NCBI RefSeq assembly: GCF_000002075.1
Contig: NW_004797332.1
Location: 435,378 to 499,377, forward strand
Source of the DNA: Aplysia californica
Lineage: Eukaryota
Direction: 5' to 3'
DNA: 64,000 bases
Part shown: one piece after another, positions 27,488 to 39,350 of the stretch
Layout of the letters: every line of letters starts with the position of its first letter
Numbering within the stretch: the stretch's first letter is position 1
The notes under the pieces: generated by a model
What the model saw: the letters and a program-made list of their open reading frames with translations, nothing else
Database searches by the model: none
What the model was told of the DNA's origin: nothing
Translations under genes and position numbers: made by a program

Positions 27488-28508
27488 CTCTCTTTCAGTC
27501 GAGGGCAATACGTAGGCCAAAGACATGTTTATAATACGTCAGTCAGTCACAAAAGTGTTCAGCTGTAAATTTTACCCTGTACATTTCAGTTGTGTGTTGG
27601 AAGTCAGATTGTGTGAAGGTACGTATGCAATATTGTCCCTATGTGTGTCACCTTGCTTACTCTTGAATGACAGAGATTACACATTACACCACAGCTTGCC
27701 GGCTTTTACAAAGCTAGGTCTAGTTGCTGTTGTAGTAGAGAGTGGACCATAGAAGAGCAAAAGAAGCGGAAATGCTTCTTGCTTGAGGAGACCGGTACTA
27801 GCAGAGATAGATGAGAAGTCAATGTTAAAAACCCAAATCTGCAAAACATTTGAACGACTATGATCCCAACACCCATCTTAATTCATGAAAATTTTGACTC
27901 AATTGCCCAGCTTTGTCTCACTTGATATGGCCTGAAATTCTTACATTATAACATAGCGAAATTCAAAGATAATAAAAAAGATTTCCACGTAATGCTGATT
28001 TCACTATGTGCATGATAGACTGCATTATTATTTGAGTCAAATTTTAGTCTTTCTTTTTCTTTTTTTTTTGAAGATAGTTTCAGTTATAGATTCTTGCCCT
28101 CCCATGCCTGAATTGAGAGGATAAACTTTGCCAAGGACTGATACTAGTGATACTCTGCCACATCATCGAGGGTCTTGTCTGGAGTAGACTTTGGCGGTCA
28201 TGGTTCTCCATCCTTCTCGAACGAGTTGTTGTTCATTGTTTATTTTTTGCCAGAGTGTTCAGGCTATTTATGAATCTTGTGCATTGGTGTCTTCGGCTTT
28301 TCTTCTCTTTCAATTTTTCCTGAAATGCCTAGTTTTTCTGCATACGCGCTCCATGAATTTCACTTCTTTAACATATTTTTGAACTTTCATTTTCAGGTTC
28401 CTGCCCCCGATTGCACCTGTGGCCGACTCCAACAGTTTTCGAGGGAAACTTGTCCTAAATCATGAACAGCTGAGCTCAGACAACAAAAAATTGGCCCGAC
28501 TTTTGTAA
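518..28508 (+). CDS. CFAP58: Cilia- and flagella-associated protein 58 (CCDC147)-like coiled-coil protein, divergent family member; multi-exon
   Basis: Phase-consistent GT-AG exons: 518-640, 6186-6323, 8519-8734, 10641-10816, 11340-11499, 12397-12591, 13721-13858, 14501-14660, 16024-16106, 18426-18617, 19037-19198, 20722-20803, 21820-22025, 22730-22953, 24672-24777, 25516-25740, 26573-26712, 28397-28508 (2838 nt, 945 aa). Segments match CFAP58 as I recall it: GDKSAERFLEEYEKLYEALKSSH, LSQEDRGMIATL, AWGMVD, QRNILGAQCVRNKQEISML, ARCKALEDQAPMPVHKWRHLK, KKLIAKTEEV, KAPGPDVA. First and last exons are least certain. The symbol denotes the family; this is probably a paralog. Confidence 0.8.
744..855. 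repeat. Short tandem array of a GGCTACGTTCACGGCGCC unit (3-4 copies)
   Basis: Units begin near 744, 772, 806 and 840; includes the perfect palindrome TTCACGGCGCCGTGAA at 779-794. Confidence 0.8.
2993..3073. repeat. (TGTC)n microsatellite
   Basis: Read directly. Confidence 0.95.
3365..3442. repeat. (CA)n microsatellite
   Basis: Read directly. Confidence 0.95.
4505..4596. repeat. 37-bp tandem repeat, 2.5 copies
   Basis: GTTCAGAGAAATAGTGCCCAGCTTTATTTTCCCGAAC at 4505, 4542 and partially at 4579. Confidence 0.9.
4845..5450 (-). mobile_element. CR1/L2-group LINE 3' fragment
   Basis: Minus-strand translation gives LHWLPVEKRIVYKLAFICHKC and GPKIWN, typical of the ORF2 C-terminus, followed by a short ATT-repeat tail. 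Confidence 0.7.
7203..7725 (-). mobile_element. tRNA-derived SINE (family A), reverse copy
   Basis: Reverse complement follows 9188-9719 over head, body and tail. Confidence 0.75.
9188..9719 (+). mobile_element. tRNA-derived SINE (family A), near full length
   Basis: tRNA-like head with A-box (TGGTTAAAGGG) and B-box (GATTCGAAACC), pyrimidine-rich body, tail ATGACCTTATGC...GTAAAACTCTTACCAAAACTAAAAC; colinear with the reverse copy at 7203-7725. Confidence 0.75.
10055..10410 (-). mobile_element. RTE-clade LINE 3' fragment
   Basis: Minus-strand RRRWRWIGHTLRK...NPQDKRSRRRPRGTWRR; the same 3' tail recurs on + at about 15400-15465. Confidence 0.7.
13253..13375. repeat. About 60-bp tandem duplication
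   Basis: TAGTCTARAATATGGAACTGAGA...ATGGAGCCATTT occurs twice. Confidence 0.8.
20485..20627. other. Assembly gap
   Basis: Run of N. Other gaps at 21477-21734 and 40146-40335. Confidence 1.
26018..26078. repeat. (TG)n microsatellite
   Basis: Read directly. Confidence 0.95.
27402..27484. repeat. Compound (TG)n(AG)n microsatellite
   Basis: Read directly. Confidence 0.95.
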
Positions 28509-31500
28509 ACAAGTTACCATACTAGAATATTCTTTGGGCTCAGGAACATCAAGCACTGTCATAAATGTAAAAGTTAAGAAACCTGAGTGCCGCTGTGATT
28601 TTTACATCGCTTATCATTTTTCAAGATTTCTTCCATATCATTGAATGATGATGAAAAAAAAATGTTCAATTGCTTCTGATTTCCTATATGTCCTGTGATA
28701 TTAACAACTATCTATGCAAATAAGAAAGACGTAATGATGACATCACATAACTGTCCTTTCATAGGACACGCTGTAATACCATCAGATAAGTGCGCTGTTA
28801 ATATTGTTTTAGCAGCCCATAGTGCATGAGTTGAGAGATTTTTTTCTTTCAAGTATTTCTAAGGACTGAACTGTCTGCATCAAATACTCACAACTGAAGT
28901 TTTATCTGAGTATGTATTATGGGGTTCGTAATAAACTCTGTAAAACTCATTTTTGTCATAATGAAGTCTTGCCAATTTGATTTTTTAAAACTTAATGTGA
29001 TTTTGTGATACTGTGGTTTTATAATTTGTTCATTATGCTATGACTCTTGTGCTAAAAGAAAAATAGCAAAACTTTATACGTGGTTTACTAAGGTTAAGCA
29101 TGCATGGACATCTCAAAAACATAAAGGATTGACAAATGTGTTCGACACATCTGTAATTCAAGTAAACAGATATAACAGAAATTTTGAGTTATATATTGAA
29201 GAAAAACAGGGAAGTAAAATAATAAATATATCATACAGTATAACCCGCATAGGTCGAACACAGATTACTGGAAATCAAGCATCCGTGGAACTGTGCCTGC
29301 GTCCCGTTTTTTTTCCTTTTTTATCGTTGTAAGAAAATTACGCGAAGCTCAAACACAAACACGGAATAGTCGGACCAATTACTCCGCCGTAGAGGTCCAA
29401 AGTCAATGTCCTTTGAGGTGCACTTGAGACAAAGTAAAATGACAATAATAATAAAAACGGAAAAAGGCAAGGTTGGTAAACCCCCCCCCCCCACCTTCCA
29501 CAGAAGCAGCTAGCTGTGCTATTTTTAGCACGCTGCGCGACACGCATGCCCTCTGTGTGTGCTAGGTTCTAGGCCTAGCTAGGCTTGTGTGGAGTGGGCG
29601 AGAGGAGGGGTAGCGCATCACACGATCGGCCACCCAACTCCTCTTTGCAAAGGGTTGCACGCTTGGTGGGAGAGGCGGGGTAGGGTTGCATTGTTTCATC
29701 ATCGTTTTGTTTATTACTGTTGCGATATATGCCTATCTTCTCAAATCGTTTATGTTTTGAACAATTTGAAAAAGCATAGTTCAATAGGTGCAGACTAAAG
29801 ACTGCTCACACTGACCCTCACAATAAAACTGTCTTGGTACAGGTAGGCTCATTACCGATCGAACTCCAAAGCATTGCTCATCGTGTTTCTCATTCTTAAT
29901 CTGTCAATTTCAGATTCTCTCAAATTCTAGTCAATAGGTATAGATCTAACCTATCTGATCTAAGACAATGGCAGAAAAAAGAAAAATCTCTGTTTCCACC
30001 CAATCTTTGTTGCTTCCCTTGCTTCTCTGACATGGCCGATGCCACAACACTGTTCAGTGTCACGGATCCCTCGAACTACCGAGGCCAGTCCCGATGAATT
30101 CGAGCAATTCGTGACTTACTGTAATAAATAAACAGCATTTGTGTATAGCACATAACCCCGCTCTGCAGCAAGCTCTACGAGCTTTACACTATATACTATA
30201 ACCCCAGCAGACCATAGAACGCCCAGAAACATTCTCAGCTTCCCAGGAAGCATAATTGTATACTAGTCGTAATATATTGCCATTCGAGGCCCACTTTGGT
30301 CCTACATTGTGACCTTTGGATAAGCACTTTATACAAATATATATATGTTCCTATTTGGCTCTGTGCTATCGGAGATGGACGTTAAATTCAGAGATCCTGC
30401 CTCATAGATAACATTACAGTGATGCAAGGGGTGTTAAACCTGTAACTTCTCATTTCATACCCAGTATAAAAGGATGGATAGTGCGTACGCCTTGCTTGGT
30501 GTCGAAGCAAGAGACAGGAAGAAAGTGATGCTGAATAGCCATATGACTATAAAGAAATTGATCTGTTATGTCAGGTCATGATCATGTAACCAACACTGGT
30601 CAGGATATACCTCCCAACCCTCTTGTGCAATCACTCTTTGATACATACCTTCAGACTCAAACAACCACATACACAAACATAATTCATACAGCATACAGCA
30701 TACGACCCAATGCAGCCCTTGGCTGAGAAAGCATATTATAGTAAAGACAATCTATGTATGTAAAGGATGTAATGAATGTTTTGTAATGAGTGCATTTCTT
30801 TTTTGAATGATAGTGATATTAGAAGGTGGAGAGAAAAAGTTAAACCTTTTGTCACACCAGCTCTGTGAGGAACTCTGATACAGTATTCACTGCTTTTAAA
30901 TGAAAATGAAATATAATACAAGAAACGATAACGTTTTGTTCACAATATAGATTGTGAACTTATTTTATTGCAGCAATAAAGTAACACAAAAACATTCCAG
31001 AAAGCTTGCATTTCCTCCGTTATTGTTACGACAGAGAAGCAAACTTTGGGTAAAAAGGAGGTATTCTTGAGCACTTGAGACTCAGAGATAGTTAGCACTT
31101 GACATCTCTTTGTGATAAAAATTTACACCTTACTAATCCATTTTCTAAATTAATAACACTCTGGCACACAAATGCACTGGGAACCCCCCCCCCCCCCCCC
31201 CCCCATAATGTCATTAAGTGAGGCTCTCATGTTGTATTATAGGGGTAGCATAATGAATAATTCCCTTGTTATTATACTTTTTTTCTAGCATAACCTCTGA
31301 ATACAGAAATTTTCGGGGGTTTAAAAAATCTAAGATTCATTTGGTATATCATTCAAGTTGAGATTTTTCCATAAATAGCCAAAGATTATTTGTTGAATTT
31401 GAAGATAAAATCAAATGCCACTTGACCATAATTTTCAAAAAGAATTGCAGAATTGAATATGGGTAAATTTTATAATGTTAAAAAACGTTTTCTCGTGGTA

Positions 31501-31572
31501 AAACAAGAATTATATGACTTTATAATGACATGCAAAAAAACATTCAATTTTTTTTCCTTTCACCTAGATTAA

Positions 31573-31812
31573 CCCTATCCATATGCCCTGGGGTAATTCT
31601 GTACCCCCGGGGTTGTATTCTTCGCATTTTAGAATACTTCTAGAGCGAAGATCCCTTTGAAACTTTCAGTATTTCTCAAAAAATAATTTTGACAGACTGC
31701 TATGCAAAGCGTACGGATCGGATTAACGAATAAATCTCCTCTTTGGAAAGTGGTAGCACAGAGTTCCCCACGTCGTATGGATACGACAGTAAAACACGAC
31801 GTACGGATAGGG
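31573..31812. mobile_element. piggyBac-type MITE (240 bp) in the probable Maf 3' UTR
   Basis: TTAA on both sides (31569-31572, 31813-31816); TIR CCCTATCCATATG vs CCCTATCCGTACG, differing only at CpG positions. Confidence 0.8.
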
Positions 31813-32267
31813 TTAAAAAGTAGTCTTTACAACTTACAAGTATTAACCAGATAACTACAAATTTGTGCCTTTATGGTTACGAAAACAGGGTTCATTACTT
31901 CTTTCTTTTACTAACTTCATACAATTGTCTCGTCTTGACGGCTGTGGGAAGACCCACTGACCTGTGATTTCGTAATAAAAACATGTTGTGAAGCAGAACC
32001 CTTCTGTCAGTAAGGTCAATCTTACAGATGCTAACTCATCTGATTTAAGATATGAGTACTCCCGCAATGGGATTCAGAATAAGGGAGTTAAGAATGCAAA
32101 GACACCCCCCCCCCTCCTCCCCCCAAAAAACAACAACAACAACAAACCCCTTAATGCATCAGAACTTTCCTCATTTTAACAACAATTTAACAATGTTAAC
32201 ATTCTCAATATAACCTCTTGCACACTGTTGTTGCCCACATGAACACATTTAAAAACATTTAACACTG

Positions 32268-35200
32268 TCATCTTTCAATGACTTCTTTGTAGATAGTAGA
32301 CAACTCTCTACTAAATCGAGGCAAGGGGAAGCCCATGACATTGAAGTTGTCCCCATTGATCTTTTCCACCAGCGTTCCTCCAATGGCTTGAATGCCATAA
32401 GCTCCAGCTTTATCTCTGGAAGAGGGATTATATTGAAAATAATGGGTTTTTTTATTAAAAAGCATGCTAAAAAATACTTGTACAAAAGGATTCTCTGACT
32501 CTGATATTGCTCAATTGTCCCTTTTTCAAGTGAGCAAAAAATCTTTTTGACATTGAAGTGATAAACTGAAATCTCTAAACAGACAGATCTTAATTTCCAC
32601 CTCCAGCACATCCACATTTCAAATCCTATGCCTACAATTTATTTTAAAAAATCAGAGTCAACGGAAAATGGAGAAAGAACACTGGAACATGAAGGCTGGA
32701 GTCTCACCAAATAGTCTCAGTAGTCACAGAATGATCAAAATATGTGCTCTAACGTCCACCTGTCTCAGAAAATCACCAGTCTATCCAAGATGTCCATCAG
32801 TCTAAGATTACTTTTCTCAACCCTATTCAATAATTCAATCAAAAGACAAATACAGTAGTCTCTGCCTAAGATCCCACCACCGGTAAGATCCCGCTGTTAT
32901 AAGAAAACAGAATTTTTGCAAGACAAAAGTCACCTCTAGGATTTCGCTCTGATTCTGTTTGAAAGTCTACATTCGGCTAAGATCCTGTATTTCAGATCAT
33001 AATTTACTGAACAAAAATGCGAGTGGGTACAGCCGATCAACCAAGAATGAAAATTTGAGATCATTGAAGTACGCATCGGGTGAAAGATCAGCAAATTCTC
33101 GTGAATATGATCACATAAGCATTATAAACTCGAAATTGTACATTGTTTGCTCCGGACCAGATCACACCGAGGTGTGAATTGACTGACGCGTTTGTTTCCC
33201 CAAACATCCCACTCACATCTGAGCTCTCCACCTATACTTACATCACTCGCTGGGTGAGTAGGGACTACAAGTTTACTCCCGGCGGGATCACATCGAACTG
33301 TGAACTCTTCTCTGACCCTTGCAGTGGTTGCCTTTACTCCCGAATTTAAGAGACAAACTGAATTTTAATTGATGTGGTCACAACGTAATGGTGTGCAACA
33401 ATAAAGGCGGGGGAAATCAGTCAGAGATGGAAAGCTATAAATTTTGAACAGGTAAAACAGGAGCCATTGGATCAGCATGGATCTTGAGTCTCACAATAGG
33501 ATGAGGGAAAATGGCATTCCTCATGCCACTGTGATTGTTTATCAAAGTAGACCACTCGTTCCTCGCCATAAGTCATAAACCCATCCAGGGTTCGGGTCAG
33601 TTCATTTTAGAGTGAAGGAAGACCATTTTACCTGTCGTGGGCATCAAAAGGGGTCACCTAAGTTCTTCCCTTGGTGCGTCGGCTAAGATCCCATTCACCT
33701 AAGATCCCGCATTTTCCATGCTCCCAAGCACTGGGATCTTAGATGGAGACTACTACTGTAGTGGTATGTACGGAGTGCACAAGTGTTGAGTTTGGGATTA
33801 AAGTATTGTGTTTAGTGATAAAAGTTGACCGTTCACTAGTTTAGTGCGAAAATAATAATTACGTGTAGCTACAGCAATAATCTTCTAGCTTCGTGATGTT
33901 TTCTTGGTGTTGTAATACATCTTTAGTTCATACTTACAATGGTTCCCCAGTCTCGATGTATGCCTCTATGACATTCTTGTCAAACTGAGACATAAAAACT
34001 TCTGTACTGTCCACAAAAGAAGTATACCGGAACTGGCCATTCAGAGCTGGTTCTCCTGACTTCAACACTGTTGATAAAACACAAACAAATCAAAAGTTAA
34101 GCCATAAAAATTATAAAACCCAAAAAGTTCATACAAGCACGCATAAAACAGTGAAAGATATTTGCCTAAATACATTTGCATTTGAAAACGAGAATTTGGG
34201 CACAAACTAGAGATACACTTGAGCTTTGTTGATGAAATGTCTCAAAGTACCAGATCCTGACTATGAGGTGGAACCGAAAGTGGCAGACTACGATCAATCT
34301 TGAGCTTTATACAGTTTAATTTGAAATTCTTTCTTTGCCTTTTTACTCCATGAAAAGGTTTAAATGAACCCAAATGCAACAGAATTTTTAAAATGATTTT
34401 GACAACTGGTTTTAAAATTGTATAGGTAGAGCATCTACTATTGCGATATTGTAGAAACTTCTGCATCTGCAGCTTTCACTTATTTTTTACTTTAATGTTT
34501 ATGCTCATAAAAAAAAATAATTATAAAACTAATCAGCATAATATGTTTGTATATCTCAGGGAATTCATACATTACTTAACAGAATTCAATTTTGAAAATT
34601 AGCTATCGTTACACGTTTATCATTAGAACCAAACAGTTAATTGTCAATTTTAAGTCTCTTTTTGTCTTGCCAAATTAAGCTAACTATACAAGGAATTATA
34701 AATAAGGACCATCTTCATCATATGGCACTAATAGAATACTAAACATTAAAAATCATACTCAAAACAAAGCAATTCTAGCAGCACTCTCACCTTCAGACTT
34801 TGCAGGCACAAATAGTATAACGCCAGTAAAGACAGTGTGCACATTACCACTCAATCTGAGGAAACAAGATAGATTAGAATGTGAAATTAAAAAGATATCC
34901 AATTGTACATGAACACATAGCCATTTATTCATAGACAACATTCATTTGGTCCATCGCATTCAGTGTAGGGCCGTGTCAGCAGTGCGATGTTTAGGCTCTG
35001 AAACATCTCCATGAAGGTGAAAGCCAAAATGATCAACACAATCTTCACCCTAACACTTACCTATAGATCTATCAATGCCAAACACAGACCATGAAGAAGG
35101 CATTAGAGAAAAGAATAAAAAATTGTGAAATGCGATGCCTTAGAAGGAAAACAGTGAACAAGACCTGGCGAGACAAAAGATAAAACACAATGATGAGAGA

Positions 35201-38200
35201 AATGGTGGGCACAAATTATGTCATGCATCACATCCCACACCAAAGAAAAAACGGTTTGGCCACCTTACACTTACATGACTACCAACATATCACTCTGCAC
35301 AATGAGCCTACACCATAAAATTCAATGGCAACAAAGTTAAAAGGCAACTTAGAAAGGCTTGAATAGATGGTGTCCAGGAAACACTGATGTCTCACTGCAT
35401 CCCCTTAACCCAAACCTTCAAGCTTGCAGCAGAATGACGTCTCTTTCTTCCCATGACATCCAAAAGGGTATAAGCAGAGGAAAAAAAATATTTAAGTAAA
35501 ACCTTTCAACCCAGAGGTTGTCTGCCCGTTTCTTAAAATGGGGGAGGAAAGAACATTAATCTATACAAATAATCATTTGGCCTAGAACTAGTAGAACTGA
35601 AAAAGGGACAAAAGAGGAGTTCTGTTCAACAACTAACTAAACTAACAAGGCAACAAAAACAGCTGAATAAAATTATCATATAAGCTGTAAGTCAGAAAAG
35701 AAAGGGAGGTCTCTAAGCTAAAAAAAAAAAAATAATCCCCAACAAACTCCATCATCATTATAAGTATAGAATTTAACTGAAAGGGCCAATTAAAATGCTC
35801 TATTAATTAGCTTTTTTTAAGTGCTCACTGCTTTCATTTTCACTGATAGTAGTTTTTCTTTCTTATAAAATTTAACATGGTATCTTGAACTTGAACGAAT
35901 TAAAGGGTAAATGAAGTTCCCAAAGGTCGTTAGAGCGCTAGGTAAACAAACATTCATCCATAAAAAAAGCAAATTCCTCACTGAGAAAGAATCCGCACAG
36001 CATCCTGTTTGTCTTTGGGCTTCTCAAAGATTTCACTTCCTTGTGAAACTACTGTGTCAGCCCCAATGATTAGATCGGGGAGAGGCTGTAGGGGAAAAAA
36101 AATAAATATTCAAGAAGCAGAATATGATCGGAAGATATAAGCACAAAACTTCACAAACGTCACATTCTGAATTTTACTCAACAACTATGAAAGAGAACTT
36201 TGTATACAGTTACTGATAAATTTGCTTTGATACCTCAGTCTATTCATGTAGCTAAGTGACAGATGATAGTACATAAATTTATAGTGTGGATTCAGTTTAA
36301 AAAAAAATACAATTATGCCTTGGACCCACAGGTCATTTCAAGGCAACACCCCAAAACATAGAGACTGGCTACTCTCACTCCAGAGACCCTCATATCTGAA
36401 AATTTGATGGCAGTAAAGGACCTTAAGAATATCACAGCAGTTTATCAACTTACATCTATTAGACTATATACAGTACAACTTTCCCAGACAATTAAGACCT
36501 GTGTTTTGACTTTTAGTTAATACAACATAGATGAATGATGAACTCTCATAAAAAGAGACTTTTCAGAGTTTTACCAGTTAATTCATTAAGTAATTTCCAC
36601 AGAAAAAGGGATATTCAAATTGTTTTGACCACTAGAACAGGGACTGCTTGACTTTAATCATATCTTCCAAAGTTCCCAGTCACAATGAATTAGCTCACCT
36701 GTGTGCTGGCAAGCCTCTTGGCTACCTCCTCTGTTTTACATCTAGCAGTTTCAAGAACATAATCTTGAGGTTGATACTTGGTTTTATCAAGATTTTCTTC
36801 AAACGTAGAAGAAATTACTTCAAATTTTAAACCCTGCAAAAAGAAAATAAAAGATACATGCATCTGAAAATTATAGATTACACTGAGAAAATCTCTCTTC
36901 AAATAGAACTAAGCAAAAGATAAAGTTCTATGAGAGAAACGTCCCTTCTAATCTTCTATAATTTCCTACTCTACCTTATTTATTTCAACAAAACATGAAT
37001 AAATCATGTGTACTCTAGTAAATTTGTGTGTATACAACAATCAAAATAAATACAGTCAAACACGGGTAACTCGAATTCGCCGGAGATAGGAAATACTGTT
37101 CGAGACTTCCGTAATTCATCATGTCTGTTAAAACCTCAATTACAAAGAGAAAATCAAGGGAGGTAAAAAATAACATTAAAACAATTAACATGGTTAGCTC
37201 CCTTGAGAAACATGTTGACGTTGTGAAAGTAAGAAGATGAATAAAACTGGAAAGCAGAAAATCTCATGTGTGCACAGCCAACTCCTACGTCATTCCTTCC
37301 CTCTCATTTCATTGGCTTACAGAAAGTTATGCCTCTTGCTATCCGCACCGCGCGCGTCCCACAGCACGATTGCACGCATGGCGAGCCAGTCATGCGGTGC
37401 GGTCAGCATCATTCCTCAACCCCCCTTCCCAGTCTCCCTTTCCTCCAGCCTCTTGGGGTGAGACAAGGACCATGTTTAGGCTGTAACAATAACAAAGAAA
37501 CACCTTACACCTGCTGCCAAAAAGGTTGTAAAGCCGGGTCTTAAGTTGAGAATGCGAAGTGGATTTGTTCGAGATTCAAGAGTTGCGTGTACCCAGTGTT
37601 TGGAAACTCCGTGAACTCAATACAAAGATATCATAGGGACTGAAACGGGACCGAGCATTATGTTTGAGATACCCGAGAATTTGTGATTTTTGTGTTCGAG
37701 ATTCATGGACTCTACTTAAATGTAATGTGTTGAGTAAGTTGGGCTAAAAAATGCACTGCTGTGTGCTGCAGTTGTCCAAAGGACTATACTGTTAATGTGT
37801 AAAGGCCTAAACATCCTAGAAGCAGCAGTCTACCTAATAAAACCTTTCATAGTATCATCATGCAATAGTGGTGCAATATCAATAGAGGCCATATTATGTG
37901 ACCCAGAAATCTAGACTCTAGATCTGTAAGTTTGATTCGCGGTGAGCTAAGATATCAAACCTTAAAACATTAAATTATGGTAAAATTCAGGGGGGCATGC
38001 CCCCCTGAAACCCCCCTTCCTATTTTTATTAGTCAAGCCCCCCTGAAACCCCCCTACTCTTGGGGCCAAAACCCGTGAATAACAATTGCGGGGTGGGAAC
38101 TACCGAAAAAAAGCCAAAAAGTAAAGGTGATACTTACCACATTCTCAAGAATAAGTTTACGGCGGGGAGAGCTGCTAGCCAGGATATTTCTTTGCGCATT

Positions 38201-38227
38201 TAAAACGTGAATAAAAGGCTGCAGCAT
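32268..38227 (-). CDS. Maf-family (YhdE-type) dTTP/UTP pyrophosphatase, homologous to the ASMTL N-terminal domain; stand-alone, 6 exons, 223 aa
   Basis: Minus-strand exons 38227-38138, 36833-36699, 36085-35982, 34855-34791, 34067-33938, 32415-32268, all GT-AG and in phase (672 nt). Maf motifs: [81 protein letters not shown]. Confidence 0.93.
32853..33758. mobile_element. About 0.9-kb Tc1/mariner (pogo/Tigger-like) non-autonomous element, copy 1 (last Maf intron)
   Basis: TA flanks, CAGTAGTCTC... TIRs, internal TAAGATCCC repeats; colinear with 46267-47221. Confidence 0.85.
37053..37695. mobile_element. Tigger-like non-autonomous element, degraded (Maf intron 1)
   Basis: Starts TA|CAGTCAAACACGGGTAACTCGAA; repeated GTTCGAGA motifs; right end degenerate. 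Confidence 0.5.
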
Positions 38228-39350
38228 TGTGAATCAATAGCAGAATCACACGAGTCAAAAGTGTTGTCAAGCGCAGCAAACGCCGAGCCGGTACAGCGTC
38301 ATGTATTAGCTCTACCAGTAAAAAAATTACACTGAACTACAAAGGTCAATTTCACCTGGTTTCCTATAGCCAATTTGTCCATGCATATTTCCCCCCGACA
38401 ATGATGTTATCTTAAAGATAAAATAAAAATGCTGCAGGCCTATGACAAAAATACTATCTAATGTTCTGTTTTGTATTCTATTTTACTGTTCTAACTTCTC
38501 AAATATAATCAATCCATTTCTTAGACTATTTCTTAATTTCGAAATGTAAGTTTTACTTTTGGCCATCTTACTTTTCCTGCAATTACTTCTGGCTTCTGGC
38601 TACCAAGACTCAAAAGGTCAATGTTGTGGGGATGGATGGATGATTGGAAAGCTCATGAATTGAGAGTTTCTGAAACTTGTTACCAACCATCCCTGCCTGA
38701 AACATCTAGTCCCAGGGGTTATAAACGTTGTTATCCGGTAAAGATAAAGATAAACTATGCTTGGCAAATTCGAATTTTAGGTGAGAGCGCTTGATTGCGG
38801 GTGGCACTGACTGCAAGGTTAACAAGGTGAATGTTTTTTTCCCCAGGCCACCTCTATTCTCACCCGGAGTGAGAATAGTGCAGGCGAGTCTTGTGGCTAT
38901 TCTCACCCGGTGCGCGTTCACCAAATTTTGCGTTCACCCTAAACCACAGAATGCTACACTGTGATCACAGAAAAATTGTAGAATTCTGTGCCGTGAACAG
39001 ACGTTCCATTACAACTGTAGCCTACTAAATGCGTACAATTTTGTCTGTGGGCAGTGGAGAGAGAGAGAGAAAGAGAGAGAGGAGTAGCGCGAGAATTTCC
39101 GGGCAAAACGAAATGGCGACCCGCGTAGGTCGGCTTGGTTCGGCTCGATTCGAAAAGTTAAATAGCCGTAGCATCTTTGTAGACAACCAAATTGATTTAC
39201 TTTTGTGTTTTAACATCATTTTTAAACTTTGTTTTGGTCAATTTGATCGTCCACACCGATAGACAGTATTCAGAAAGAGACAGAGAGAGAGAGAAGAGGG
39301 GAGGAGTTGATCTTGCGAGAACTTCCGGGCGGGTGAGAATAGCCACTTTC
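38228..39350. promoter_or_regulatory. Probable divergent promoter region shared by the Maf gene and ABHD18
   Basis: Head-to-head genes; CpG-richer than the introns; ETS-like AYTTCCGGG near 39096 and 39321, YY1-like AAATGGCG near 39111. ABHD18's first coding exon has an acceptor at 40882, so an upstream exon must exist. TSS not determined. Confidence 0.5.
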
